Shown here in pieces: positions 9,073 to 20,010 of a stretch of 64,000 bases of DNA. This stretch comes from Limnothrix sp. BL-A-16 (GTDB lineage: Bacteria; Cyanobacteriota; Cyanobacteriia; CACIAM-69d): positions 3,456,001 through 3,520,000 of the forward strand of contig CP166615.1 of the NCBI GenBank assembly GCA_041937175.2, written 5' to 3'. Numbering within the stretch: position 1 is the stretch's first letter; each line of letters begins with the position of its first letter. A program made the position numbers and the translations under genes. The notes beneath the pieces were generated by a model. That model made no database searches, was not told the origin of the DNA, and saw nothing but the letters and a program-made list of their open reading frames with translations.

Positions 9073-12000
9073 CTAATTGCTGAAAATAGACATGGCCTCG
9101 GCTTCGTCCGTTTCGCTTCGCGATTGGGGCTTCCGGCCTAAGAGCCAATAGGTGGTCATCATGCCACGTCCTTTAACTTCCAGTTCACCACGCGGCTCTA
9201 ATAGGAATTCTTGGCGCAGGGTTTCGTAAACCGCTTCGGTGACCTGAATTTTGCCGGGTTCTCCCTGGGTTTCCATGCGGCTGGCCACGTTCACCGTGTC
9301 GCCCCACAGGTCGTAGGCGAATTTCTTGATCCCAATCACTCCGGCCACCACGGAACCGGTATTGATCCCAATCCGAATTTGGAAGGGCTGGCCACTGGGG
9401 GTGGTGAATTTGGAGATGGCCGCTTGCATGTCCAAAGCCAGTTGGGCCACGGCTTGCACGTGGTCGGGCTTGGGAACGGGCAAGCCGCCCACGGCCATGT
9501 ATTCGTCCCCGACGGTTTTGATTTTTTCGAGGTCGTGGTTTTCGGCCAGTTGATCAAAGGTGGAGAAGATTTGGTTGAGGAGGTTCACCAGCTCGATCGG
9601 GCGCATTTGGGCGGAAACGGGCGTGAAACCAACCAAATCGGCGAACAGAATGGTTGCTTCGGCATATTGTTCCGCCAAGGATCCTTCGCCCTGTTTGAGG
9701 CGTTCGGCGATCGCCTTGGGCAAAATGTTCAGCAACAGGCGATCGGACTTTTCTTGCTCCATCACCAGGGCTTCTTCCGCCTGTTTGCGCTCGGTGATGT
9801 TTTGGATCGTGCCTTCGTAATACAGCAGTCGCCCATCCCCATCAAAGACCGTGCGGGCATTTTCGGAAACCCAAAAGGTATCGCCATCGCGATCGAACAC
9901 TTGCGACTCAAAGTTATAGATCGTGCCTCGATCAGCAATGACCGTGAGGAAGCTGTCCCATCGTTCTGGATCCACATAGAACCGGCGGGTGCGATTTAAG
10001 CCCATGGGGCCGAGCATTTCCTCGATCGAGTCGAAGCCAAACATTTTGGCCAAAGACTGGTTCCCCCCCAAAAACTGACCATTGGGGGCGCATTGAAAAA
10101 TCCCTTCCACCGCATTTTCCACAATGCTGCGGTAGTTTTCTTCGGCCCGTTGCAGGGCCTCTTCCATTTGCTTGCGATCGGTCACATCCCGGGCCATCGC
10201 CAAGAAAATTTTCTGGCCTTGGGATTCGCGCATTCCCACCCGGGTTTCCACGGGCAAGGTGCGGCCGCTCTTGCAGCGATACATGCCTTCCACGGTCACG
10301 GGCTGCCCCGGCTTCATCATGGCCCAGATTCGATCGTGCTGATCTAAGGAAGCGAGGGTGTCGATCGCCCGCACATTCATTTGCAGCAGTTCCGCCTTGG
10401 AGTAGCCCAACACGGTGCAAACCTGTTGGTTCGCATCCAAAATTTGCCCATGCACGTCATGCACCAACATCAGATCGCCGCTGGCCTGTTCCGTCAGCAT
10501 TCGGAATTGGGCTTGGCTTTCACTGAGGGCCTGTTCTGCCTGTTTGCGCTGGGTGATGTTGTCCGTAATGCAAAGCAGATAGGCTACGCCTCCGTTGGGA
10601 TCAAATAGCGGCACTTTCACCGTGCGCAACACTAGGGATTCATTGGGCCCAGTCACCTGCTCTTCGGGAATTTCTAGCTCGCGCCGCTCTTCCACGGCCT
10701 GCACGTCCTGTTCCAGGATGGTGGTGGCTCGCTTAATGGGAAACAAATCATCGGCGTTTTTGCCCAAGGCCCGATCGCGCGGAATACCAAAGAGCTTTTC
10801 GCTGGCTCGATTCCAGAGCACAAACCGGAAATCCTGCCGCACATCCTTGACATAAACCGCCAACGGAATGTGCTCAATAATGCCGTCAATGAAACGCTTG
10901 GCCCGCAGCACCTCGGCAATCAGTCGCTTGCGCTCGGTGATGTCTCGAATCGCCAGGACGGCACTGGTTTGGTTGTGGTTGGGCGCGCCGTCGGGATCCG
11001 GCAGCGTCACATTAGACCAAGCAATTTCCAGGGAATAGCGATCGCCCGCTGAGTTGTGAAATTCGTAGGCCGTGTTGCCCGAGCCGATTTCCAACGCCCG
11101 GGCGACCGGATGCAGAGACGTGGGCAGTTGTTTGCCACGATGGATCAGAGGCAAGCAGTCGATTAAATCTTGGCCAATGACTTGCTCATGGGACTGCTGG
11201 ACTAACCGCTCAAAGGCAGGATTACACCATTGCACTTTGCCCGCTGGATCTGTCCAAACGAGGGCATCGCGCACGGAGCCAAGAACCGTTTCCAGCTTCT
11301 CCAGGGTCGATCGCAACTCATCGCGGGACACCTCCAACAGCGCCAAGGCCCGCCGCCGCTCCATTTCCTCCAGGCGCTGTTGGGAATAGCGCAGGTCTTC
11401 TTCTAGGCCTTTGTAGTCCGTGATGTCATGAACCACCAACAGGGCACATTCCATCCCGTGGAGATAGAGCAACTCCGCCGACAGCAACACCGTGCGAATA
11501 TCTCGGCCCTTGGTGCGAACCGGAATTTCCTGGTTGCGGATGCTGCTGCCCCGTTGCAGGGTCTGCATCACGGCCAGGCGATCCTCTGCCCGCAGCCAGA
11601 TGTTGAATTCCATGCTGGCAAAGCCCATCATTTCCTCGAAGCTATAGCCAAAAATGTCGAGGAAACTGTCGTTGAAGTCCAAAACGCAACTGTTATCCAG
11701 TTGCATCAGACAAATGCCGCTGGGGCTGGCGTAAAAGATTTTGGAAAACTTGGTTTCGGAGAGGCTGAGGGCGCTGGTTCGTTCACGGATGCGTTCTTGG
11801 AGGGTGTCCCGATCGCGCTCAAAGGCCGCCATGGCCGCCCGCAACTCTCGCATCATCAGCCGCACTTGGCGGGCCGCTTCATCTAGCTCTCGCAGGCCCG
11901 TGGGTTCAATGGGCCCCGTAATGTGACCGCTGGCCATGGTTTGGGCCGTTTGGGCAAACCGAGCCAAGGGCTGCTCAATCAGCCGCAGCAACAACCAGGC

Positions 12001-13056
12001 CACACCCAGGGCACAGCCCACCGAAAGAAAGAGAACAGCAACGGTGAGGGCATTGCTACCCGGATCGCTGAGGCTATCGATCGGGGCGGCCACCAACACC
12101 ACCCAGTTGGGTAAATTCGGATTCTTTAGGGGCTGGGCCCAAAGGCGATAGGTTTGGTTGCCCAGGCGAATCGTGGTCGATCGCTCCCCATCCCACTGTT
12201 CTAAGGGGCCGCTGGCCTGCTGCCAACGCTCCAGCAACAGGGGCCAGCGATCGCGGGCTGGCGGCTGACCGGCCTGGGTCGATCGCTCACTCAGGGCCAA
12301 CAGTCGCCCCGATCGATCCACCACCGCCACATCCACATCCCCCAACTGGGCCAGTTCCACCCCCAACGGTTGCAAAGACACCGCCGACACCGACACCCCC
12401 AAGCGGCGGCCATCGGCCCCCACCACCGGCTCCGCAATCGCCGCGATCGGGGTTGCCGTCTGTTCGCTCAGGGGCCACAGAAACCAAGTAGGCCGGCCCG
12501 CCAAAGTCGCTGCCCGAAACCAAGACTCCCGCTCGATTGCAAAATCGCCCTGGCTGCGCAGCAGACCCGATCGATCCCCTTGGCTATTGGTGTTGTAAAT
12601 GGCCAGCCCCTGATTCGGCTTCGGCGGCGCAGCCCACAGCAGCAAAGATCCCGTTTCCGTGCGTTCCACCGCCGTTAGGGCCCCATTATCCCGGCCAAAA
12701 GCCGCAAATCGCAGGGCCCGCGATCGCTGGGACTGTTGCCACAGCCAACGCTCCAGGTCTTGGGGACTTTGGGCCCACTGGCCCCAGCGGGCCCCATCGC
12801 CCAAGGATTGATTAAGCTGAATTGCACCTTGCAAGTGGCTCACCAGTCGATCGCTAGCCCGGGCCCCCAACACCTGCTGCCATCGCTGGGCCGTGCGATC
12901 GCTTAAATCACGCACCTGCCAGCCATAGATCCCTTGGCTAATGACCAACGCCACCCCCACCGGCAGCACCACCCCCAGCCCCAGCAGCCAACGCAACGAC
13001 AGCCGCCTTGGGCTACCGCCGATGCCATCACCTGTCTGTCCTCCCACCAAACCCAT
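9073..13056 (-). CDS. Membrane adenylate cyclase with Cache-like sensor, HAMP and about 5 PAS domains
   Basis: Two TM regions, repeated DITxRK PAS C-termini, catalytic ILFADLVGFT, EKIKTVGDEYM, YDLWGDTVNVASRME (Lys/Asp signature, ATP-type). AAGGA before ATG 13056 (track start 13086). Confidence 0.93.
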   Translation of the reverse strand: MGLVGGQTGDGIGGSPRRLSLRWLLGLGVVLPVGVALVISQGIYGWQVRDLSDRTAQRWQQVLGARASDRLVSHLQGAIQLNQSLGDGARWGQWAQSPQDLERWLWQQSQRSRALRFAAFGRDNGALTAVERTETGSLLLWAAPPKPNQGLAIYNTNSQGDRSGLLRSQGDFAIERESWFRAATLAGRPTWFLWPLSEQTATPIAAIAEPVVGADGRRLGVSVSAVSLQPLGVELAQLGDVDVAVVDRSGRLLALSERSTQAGQPPARDRWPLLLERWQQASGPLEQWDGERSTTIRLGNQTYRLWAQPLKNPNLPNWVVLVAAPIDSLSDPGSNALTVAVLFLSVGCALGVAWLLLRLIEQPLARFAQTAQTMASGHITGPIEPTGLRELDEAARQVRLMMRELRAAMAAFERDRDTLQERIRERTSALSLSETKFSKIFYASPSGICLMQLDNSCVLDFNDSFLDIFGYSFEEMMGFASMEFNIWLRAEDRLAVMQTLQRGSSIRNQEIPVRTKGRDIRTVLLSAELLYLHGMECALLVVHDITDYKGLEEDLRYSQQRLEEMERRRALALLEVSRDELRSTLEKLETVLGSVRDALVWTDPAGKVQWCNPAFERLVQQSHEQVIGQDLIDCLPLIHRGKQLPTSLHPVARALEIGSGNTAYEFHNSAGDRYSLEIAWSNVTLPDPDGAPNHNQTSAVLAIRDITERKRLIAEVLRAKRFIDGIIEHIPLAVYVKDVRQDFRFVLWNRASEKLFGIPRDRALGKNADDLFPIKRATTILEQDVQAVEERRELEIPEEQVTGPNESLVLRTVKVPLFDPNGGVAYLLCITDNITQRKQAEQALSESQAQFRMLTEQASGDLMLVHDVHGQILDANQQVCTVLGYSKAELLQMNVRAIDTLASLDQHDRIWAMMKPGQPVTVEGMYRCKSGRTLPVETRVGMRESQGQKIFLAMARDVTDRKQMEEALQRAEENYRSIVENAVEGIFQCAPNGQFLGGNQSLAKMFGFDSIEEMLGPMGLNRTRRFYVDPERWDSFLTVIADRGTIYNFESQVFDRDGDTFWVSENARTVFDGDGRLLYYEGTIQNITERKQAEEALVMEQEKSDRLLLNILPKAIAERLKQGEGSLAEQYAEATILFADLVGFTPVSAQMRPIELVNLLNQIFSTFDQLAENHDLEKIKTVGDEYMAVGGLPVPKPDHVQAVAQLALDMQAAISKFTTPSGQPFQIRIGINTGSVVAGVIGIKKFAYDLWGDTVNVASRMETQGEPGKIQVTEAVYETLRQEFLLEPRGELEVKGRGMMTTYWLLGRKPQSRSETDEAEAMSIFSN

Positions 13057-13232
13057 TCGCTTCGTTCCTTTGTGGCCGTTGGGCAACCCGATCGCTCGGC
13101 CCCAACCCCTTTTATCAGGCTTTGGTCAGCCCATCAGCCTCGCTGCGTCCAGTTTGTCCTGCGCTCATGTCCTAGCTTAATCAACAAAATCATCAATCCA
13201 ATATCACCACCTCGATCGCCACCCCGATCGAC

Positions 13233-13264
13233 AAAAAAGGAGGATGTCCCCATGGAACATCCCC
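13233..13264 (-). terminator. Putative intrinsic terminator of prk
   Basis: On the minus strand, an imperfect GGGGATGTT...GACATCCTCC hairpin followed by T6. Confidence 0.55.
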
Positions 13265-13408
13265 ACCATTATCTTCAAATTGTTTCAGATCCCCGGATTT
13301 CAACGAAAAGGATCCAGAAATTGAGTTTCCAAACTCGCTTTGAAGCGGGTTTCTATCTGTTGCCTCAACCGAGTCTCGAACCAGCTTCGAGGTCAGGATT
13401 CAGGACGC

Positions 13409-14410
13409 TTACAGACCCACACCCACCAGCGTCTTTTGGGTCAGACGCTCATAGGCTGCCCGCATCTTCAGACCCGTCAGCACTTGGAACAGACCCGAAC
13501 CATTGTTCGAGCCAGGGTAGTCACGGTGTTTCAGCAACAGCTCCGTCATTTCGCCGTAGTACTTCGCAGAGGTGTTGCTCAGGTGGCTTTCTACGTAGAT
13601 CATCTCTTCGAGATTCTCGAACTGACCATCCACTTCCAGCACCGAAACTTGGTTGCCGTAGTAGGTGTCAGGCCCATAGAACAGCTTCATACCGGGGTAA
13701 GAGCAGGTCAGCTTGCGGCCGCAGGGAGTCCAGTAGATCGTGGAGCCTTCATCAAACAGATACACCGGCTCGAATCCTTCAACACCCGTGCGTTGCATCA
13801 TCCGCACCCGCAGGATCTTGCGCTCTTCGTCGTTGGCGATCAACTGCGTCGGCAGAATTTGCAGCACCACATCAGCGTGGGTCTTTTGCGGGTCAATGTA
13901 AGCCTCAAAGTCCGGACGACGGGCCTCGATCGCGGTCAGCACATCCTCATAGGTGTGACCCCGCTCAGCCATGTCGCGTTGGATCTTCCAAGCGATTTTC
14001 ACCTCATCGCTGATATCGAGGTAGACGCTAAAGTCCAACAGACTGCGAACGCGCTCGTCATAGAGCGGGTGCAAGCCCTCAATCACCACAATGTGGTTGG
14101 GGTGTACCACTTCCGGCGGATCGATCAGGCCGGTTTCGTGGTTGTAGATGGGCTTATTGATGGTTTCGCCATTCTTAAGGGCTTTGATCTGCTCATACAT
14201 CAGATCAAAGTTATTGGCTCTCGGATCCAGAGCCGTCACACCCGCTTCCTTACGTTGCTTGCGGTCTAGACTGTGGTAATCGTCCAGACAGATCACGGTC
14301 ATTAACTCTGCGCCGAACAAGTCTTCTAGGCGACGCAAAAAGGTCGATTTACCGCACCCGGAATCGCCGGCCACACCAATTAAGACGACGCGATCTGGCT
14401 TGCTGGTCAT
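13409..14410 (-). CDS. prk: Phosphoribulokinase
   Basis: IGVAGDSGCGKSTF, CLDDYHSLDR, KIQRDMAERGH, PCGRKLTCSYPG. Confidence 0.99.
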   Translation of the reverse strand: MTSKPDRVVLIGVAGDSGCGKSTFLRRLEDLFGAELMTVICLDDYHSLDRKQRKEAGVTALDPRANNFDLMYEQIKALKNGETINKPIYNHETGLIDPPEVVHPNHIVVIEGLHPLYDERVRSLLDFSVYLDISDEVKIAWKIQRDMAERGHTYEDVLTAIEARRPDFEAYIDPQKTHADVVLQILPTQLIANDEERKILRVRMMQRTGVEGFEPVYLFDEGSTIYWTPCGRKLTCSYPGMKLFYGPDTYYGNQVSVLEVDGQFENLEEMIYVESHLSNTSAKYYGEMTELLLKHRDYPGSNNGSGLFQVLTGLKMRAAYERLTQKTLVGVGL

Positions 14411-15161
14411 AAGTTTCCTCTATATCACTAGACACTTTGGCTGGGATGTGTGGCGTGCTCGACAGCGAACAGCGCCTAAGAAAATCCCTGCAATTATCGC
14501 AGTCAATTGATGCACGATCAAAGCGACTCGATCAAAATCATGCACTACATCGGGTCTGCGCTCTATTTGGCATGAACCCCAGTGGCATGAATTACACCGA
14601 GAACCGTTGCTTTGGGACATGAATCGGCAATTGATGATCTCCAAAGGAGAGGGCAGCAAGTGCTGATTCGAGACCCCAATGAAGCGGCCATTGACCTGTC
14701 GCGATCGCTGCGACCAGCGATGTGCAGGGCCGGGGCCGATCGGGCGTTTCGTCAATCGCTGGGTTGCCGTTGCGAAACAGTGATCGGTCACCAACGCACG
14801 ATCAGAGTCACGTTGCTGAAGGATTGATGAAAACCAGCACTCCCCAAGCAACTTCCGCAAGCGTTAACCGCAACGTTGCAATCGCACAAGTTGTTTAACG
14901 AGCACGTTGTCTAAAATTAATAGTTCGTTAAGTATTTTTACTAAGCGAACCGTCAGTAGCGTATCAGACTGATATCGTTCGTGCAAGTTTAGGTTAATGG
15001 GGGTCTTGCTTGGCCGATCGCCCCATTCTTTACCTGGCCAGCGAGCTGCCATTGCCCCCGCAAGCGCAACCGTTTCTCGAATCCCAGCGAAGGCCTTGCA
15101 TCAGAGGGGCTAAAATCTTTGCAGATCGAAACCCACTCCTAAACGTTGATTAGAGTCATAG

Positions 15162-16394
<1,233 letters not shown>

Positions 16395-16470
16395 ACCTTG
16401 AGGGTTCAGCTTCTACCCCGGTTTTGGGCTGGAATGGCTGAGTTGGTTTAGGAATTGCCATGAAATTGAG

Positions 16471-16499
16471 GGGGCCGTTGCGATCGCGACGGCCCCTTT
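16471..16499 (+). terminator. Hairpin terminator after petH (HIP1 octamer in the stem-loop)
   Basis: GGGGCCGTTGC-GATC-GCGACGGCCCC-TTT. Confidence 0.6.
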
Positions 16500-16609
16500 G
16501 TATTGAGTATTGAGTTTGTATTGGGTATTGAGTTTGATTGGCTTTGGGTTGAATGGGTGTTGCATGGTGAGTGCAAGCTTTACCAATTCAAGTTCTACCA
16601 ATTCAAGTT

Positions 16610-17678
16610 TTACCAATTGTCGTCCCAGTCATCATCGGGGGCCGATCGATCCCAATCGTTGACCTGAGGGGCGGTGGATTGGGGGGCGGGCGGAGTCAGA
16701 ACGCGATATTCCGCATCGGTGACGGAGCGCGATCGCTCGGCGGGCGGCGGCAATTCTGATTCTGGCTTTGAAGATTCTGGCCTCGAAGATTCTGAGTCTT
16801 TGGCCGTTGCGGCGCGATCGGCCTTGGGCGGTGCTGCCGGTCTTGGTGGCGTTGCTGGTTTTTCTGGCTCTTCTGTTACTTTTGGCGCTTCTGCTGCTAG
16901 TTCTTCTAACTCGTCCTCGTCCCGTTGATAGCGAATGGAGTAGCTGGTTCCTTCGCGGCGGGTGGCAGCGGGGCGGGCGGGCGCTTCAAGGGGCTTAGGT
17001 TCTGGTTTTGGGGGGGCGGCCTGAGGAGTTGGGGGGTCGGGCCGGGGCCGGATCGGGGTCAAAGGGGCGATCGATCCGATTGGTCGATCGGGGACGATCC
17101 TGAGGCGACGATGGGTTCGATCGGGGTGGACTCGGCTGGGTTCGGTTGCTGTCGGGAGCCGTTTCTGCCCATTCATCCCACTCCGGATCGTGATTCCAAC
17201 CCTTCTGCGGGCGATCGGGCACAGCCCAATCGGCCAATTCCTGTTCCAGTTCGGCGGCGGTGGCAGAAGGGCGCGGCTCCGCTTGCAAGGAAAACAGGCG
17301 CGATCGCCAAGAGGCATTGCCCGGTTGGCCTTTCGTTTGGCCCTCGGCGGCCGATTCCCCGCTGCCCCACTCATCCTCCAACTCATCGCCTAAGGGCTGA
17401 TTAATCAAACGCTGTCGGGGAGAGCGAGACTGCTCGGATTCGGGGGCTGGCCGGCGATCGATCACCGGACGGCGAGGCGGCCGGCCCAATTGAACCAACA
17501 GGCCAATCAGTCCCATCGTTGCGGCCCCCGCAGCCACCGCACTAGCCAGCCACCACCCCAACGGCAAAACCACCATCGGCCGGCCGAGCACCACCAACGG
17601 CAGCAGGGGCAAAGGGTTTTGAGCTGCCACCAACAGTAACCCCACCACCAACAGTAGCAATCCCAACAGGCGCGCCAT
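16610..17678 (-). pseudogene. Cyanobacterial LapA-like membrane protein with Pro/acidic tail, split by a 1-bp frameshift (real lesion or sequencing error)
   Basis: The N-terminal TM part (xQNP...LPLGWW) is in ORF 16995-17678 and the C-terminal DAEYRVLTPP...DDDWDDNW is in ORF 16610-17386. Removing one G from G6 (17031-17036) or G7 (17010-17016) joins the frames. Confidence 0.65.
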
Positions 17679-17867
17679 TACCCGCTCTCTCTCCTTTTCC
17701 GGACGACCTTAGCTGTTTCGTGACCTGGCCGTTCAACCAACCTAGCTCGGATTGGGGCCGATGGGAGTGCTTCCGCCAGGGGAGGCAGGAGGAGCGGTCT
17801 GGACTTGGGCTTGCAATTGGAAATGCCTGAAAAACGAGAATGGCTGCAAAAAGTTCAACCAGTGGGT

Positions 17868-18584
17868 TTAACCCGGCAAATCTTCGGGCGTTTCGTTGCC
17901 CCCTTGCCAGCGCCGGAGAGGCACACAGTCGATCTCTAGGCGATCGAGCGCCCTGGCCACCACAAAATCCACCAAGTCTTCAATCGATTGCGGTTGATGA
18001 TACCAAGCGGGAATGGCCGGCACGATCGCCGCGCCGGCCTCGGCCAACTGGGTCAGGTTCCGCAGATGAATCAAGCTCCAAGGGGTTTCCCGAGGAACCA
18101 ACACCAGCGGCCGCCCCTCCTTCAGTTGCACATCGGCGGCCCGCTCCAGGAGATCGCTGCTTAAACCCGCTGCCAATTTGCCCACGGTGCTCATGCTGCA
18201 AGGCATCACCACCATGCCCAAGGTGCGATAGGAACCGCTGGCGATGGTGGCTCCCACGTTCCCGAAACGATGGCAGATGAGCCGCCCTCCGGTGGGTACG
18301 CCGGCCTGCGATCGCCAAAACGCTTCCTGGGTTGAGGGTTCCAGGGGCATCTGCACCTGGTTTTCTGACTGCCAAACCATGTGGGCCGCCTTGGAAGCCA
18401 CCAGCTCGATCGCGTAGCCCGCTGTTAACAGCCACTTCAGGGCCCGCACCGCGTAGATCAAGCCCGAAGCCCCCGAAACTCCCAAAATCAACGGTCGCTG
18501 ATCCGCTCGATCGTGCGATTGAGGTTGATCAAGATCCGGGGATATATTGGGGCTAAGTTCCGTGCGCTCAACGCTGTCGGTCAT
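17868..18584 (-). CDS. ubiX: Flavin prenyltransferase UbiX
   Basis: GVSGASG, IASGS, PCSMST, ERAADVQLKEGRPLVLVPRETP. ATG 18584 overlaps the upstream stop (ATGA). Confidence 0.95.
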   Translation of the reverse strand: MTDSVERTELSPNISPDLDQPQSHDRADQRPLILGVSGASGLIYAVRALKWLLTAGYAIELVASKAAHMVWQSENQVQMPLEPSTQEAFWRSQAGVPTGGRLICHRFGNVGATIASGSYRTLGMVVMPCSMSTVGKLAAGLSSDLLERAADVQLKEGRPLVLVPRETPWSLIHLRNLTQLAEAGAAIVPAIPAWYHQPQSIEDLVDFVVARALDRLEIDCVPLRRWQGGNETPEDLPG

Positions 18585-19126
18585 CGACCGGGCCGCCATT
18601 TCACAGAACAACCCACCGCCTCCGTGAAGGCAATCGCGATCGGCTGTTCATCCAAAAAACTGGTGATCGCATCCCGCAAATAAGCCTGCGTGACGACGGA
18701 TGGATCCTGGGGGCTATCATCCACCGCGCCGATATAGCGCATTACGCTGTTGGCATCCACCAAAAAAGCCTGGGGCGTTTTCTTGGCCCCGAAGCAGTCC
18801 GCCACATCCTGGGTGGGATCCCACAGGTAGGGAAAATTCAGCCCCCGCTCCCGAGCAAAGACCTTCATCGCATCAAAGCTATCTTCGGGGAACTGATTGG
18901 CATCATTGGCATTGATCCCGATCAGCGTTACGCCCTGTGGCTCAAATTCCGCTTGCAGAGCCTTCAGCCGATCGAGATACATCCCCACGTAGGGGCAGTG
19001 ATTGCACATGAAAATCACCACCGCCGCTTTGTATTGACCGAGATAGGTCGCAAAGTGGTGTACTTTGCCATCGGCCCCAGGAATTTCAAAATCGGGGGCG
19101 TATTTTCCGATACGTTCCATAAGCAT
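18581..19126 (-). CDS. Thioredoxin-fold AhpC/TSA-family protein
   Basis: APDFEIPG, FMCNHCPYV, FPYLWD.TQ.VA..FGA..TP, VGCSVKW. Confidence 0.9.
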   Translation of the reverse strand: MLMERIGKYAPDFEIPGADGKVHHFATYLGQYKAAVVIFMCNHCPYVGMYLDRLKALQAEFEPQGVTLIGINANDANQFPEDSFDAMKVFARERGLNFPYLWDPTQDVADCFGAKKTPQAFLVDANSVMRYIGAVDDSPQDPSVVTQAYLRDAITSFLDEQPIAIAFTEAVGCSVKWRPGR

Positions 19127-20010
19127 GGGGGTAAGCCAGTTGCGCCGCGCTCAGACGGCTAGTTTGCTGGGGGTCTCAGCGAGGGGGTGCCACTTCGCCA
19201 AGAGCCGTCTATCCGGAAGCACACTTCCATTGATTCTACGAGGATTCGGCCAGATTCGTGCGCTGGAATCATTTAACCTCAAGAACCCTAAGCCGTTTCC
19301 GCCGGAATGAGAATTTATAAACTTGCGATCTTTGGTCGATCGCTGGGTGTGCAATGTTGAAGCGGCCTTGAAGCGGCGTGCGATCGGCTATCGTCGTTGA
19401 GATTCCGGTTTGGGTCAGGATTGACTACGAATTTGCCCTGGATTCATCTGCCACGCGGGCGCGATCGGTTGGTTTTTAGTTCCGAAATCAGCGGCTTAGC
19501 AAGGCTTGGGATTGGCAAGTCATGGATCGGCCGTGCCATTCAAGCCCTGTGCGAGATCTCAATTCTGGATTGCGAGATTGCAGCAGGGGGGTGCAATTCA
19601 GGATGGGATGAACAATTCGCCGGAGTTCGTCGGGATTTGCCGGGCGATCGGGCGCTTTGTCAGACATCTCCGTAAAATTACGTAGTTAATTCACAGATTT
19701 TGGCATTAAATCGCACTCAAAAAAATCGAGCTAAAGGGATGAAGAAAACAGCACCCGATCGCGAATGGCTCAGGAAATTGGGGCGATCGGGGCTTGGGAA
19801 AAATCTGAGGCCATGCTTGAGACCAGAATTTGGGAAAGGCAGTGGGAAAAGCAGCGGCAAAAGGCTATTGGGAAACCCGTTGGGAAACTGGCACAATACC
19901 GAATTGGAGTTCTGAATCCCCGGCATGGCTTGCTCCCGGTTGGTTGGCTGGCTGTTGGCTGAGCCATTGATTCATGACCCAACGCACCCTATTGCACCTT
20001 TGCCACTGCC

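Noticed and set aside
14925..14976. Palindromes in the prk-petH divergent promoter as NtcA or CRP sites
   Set aside because: The spacing does not fit GTA-N8-TAC or TGTGA-N6-TCACA; no regulator can be assigned.
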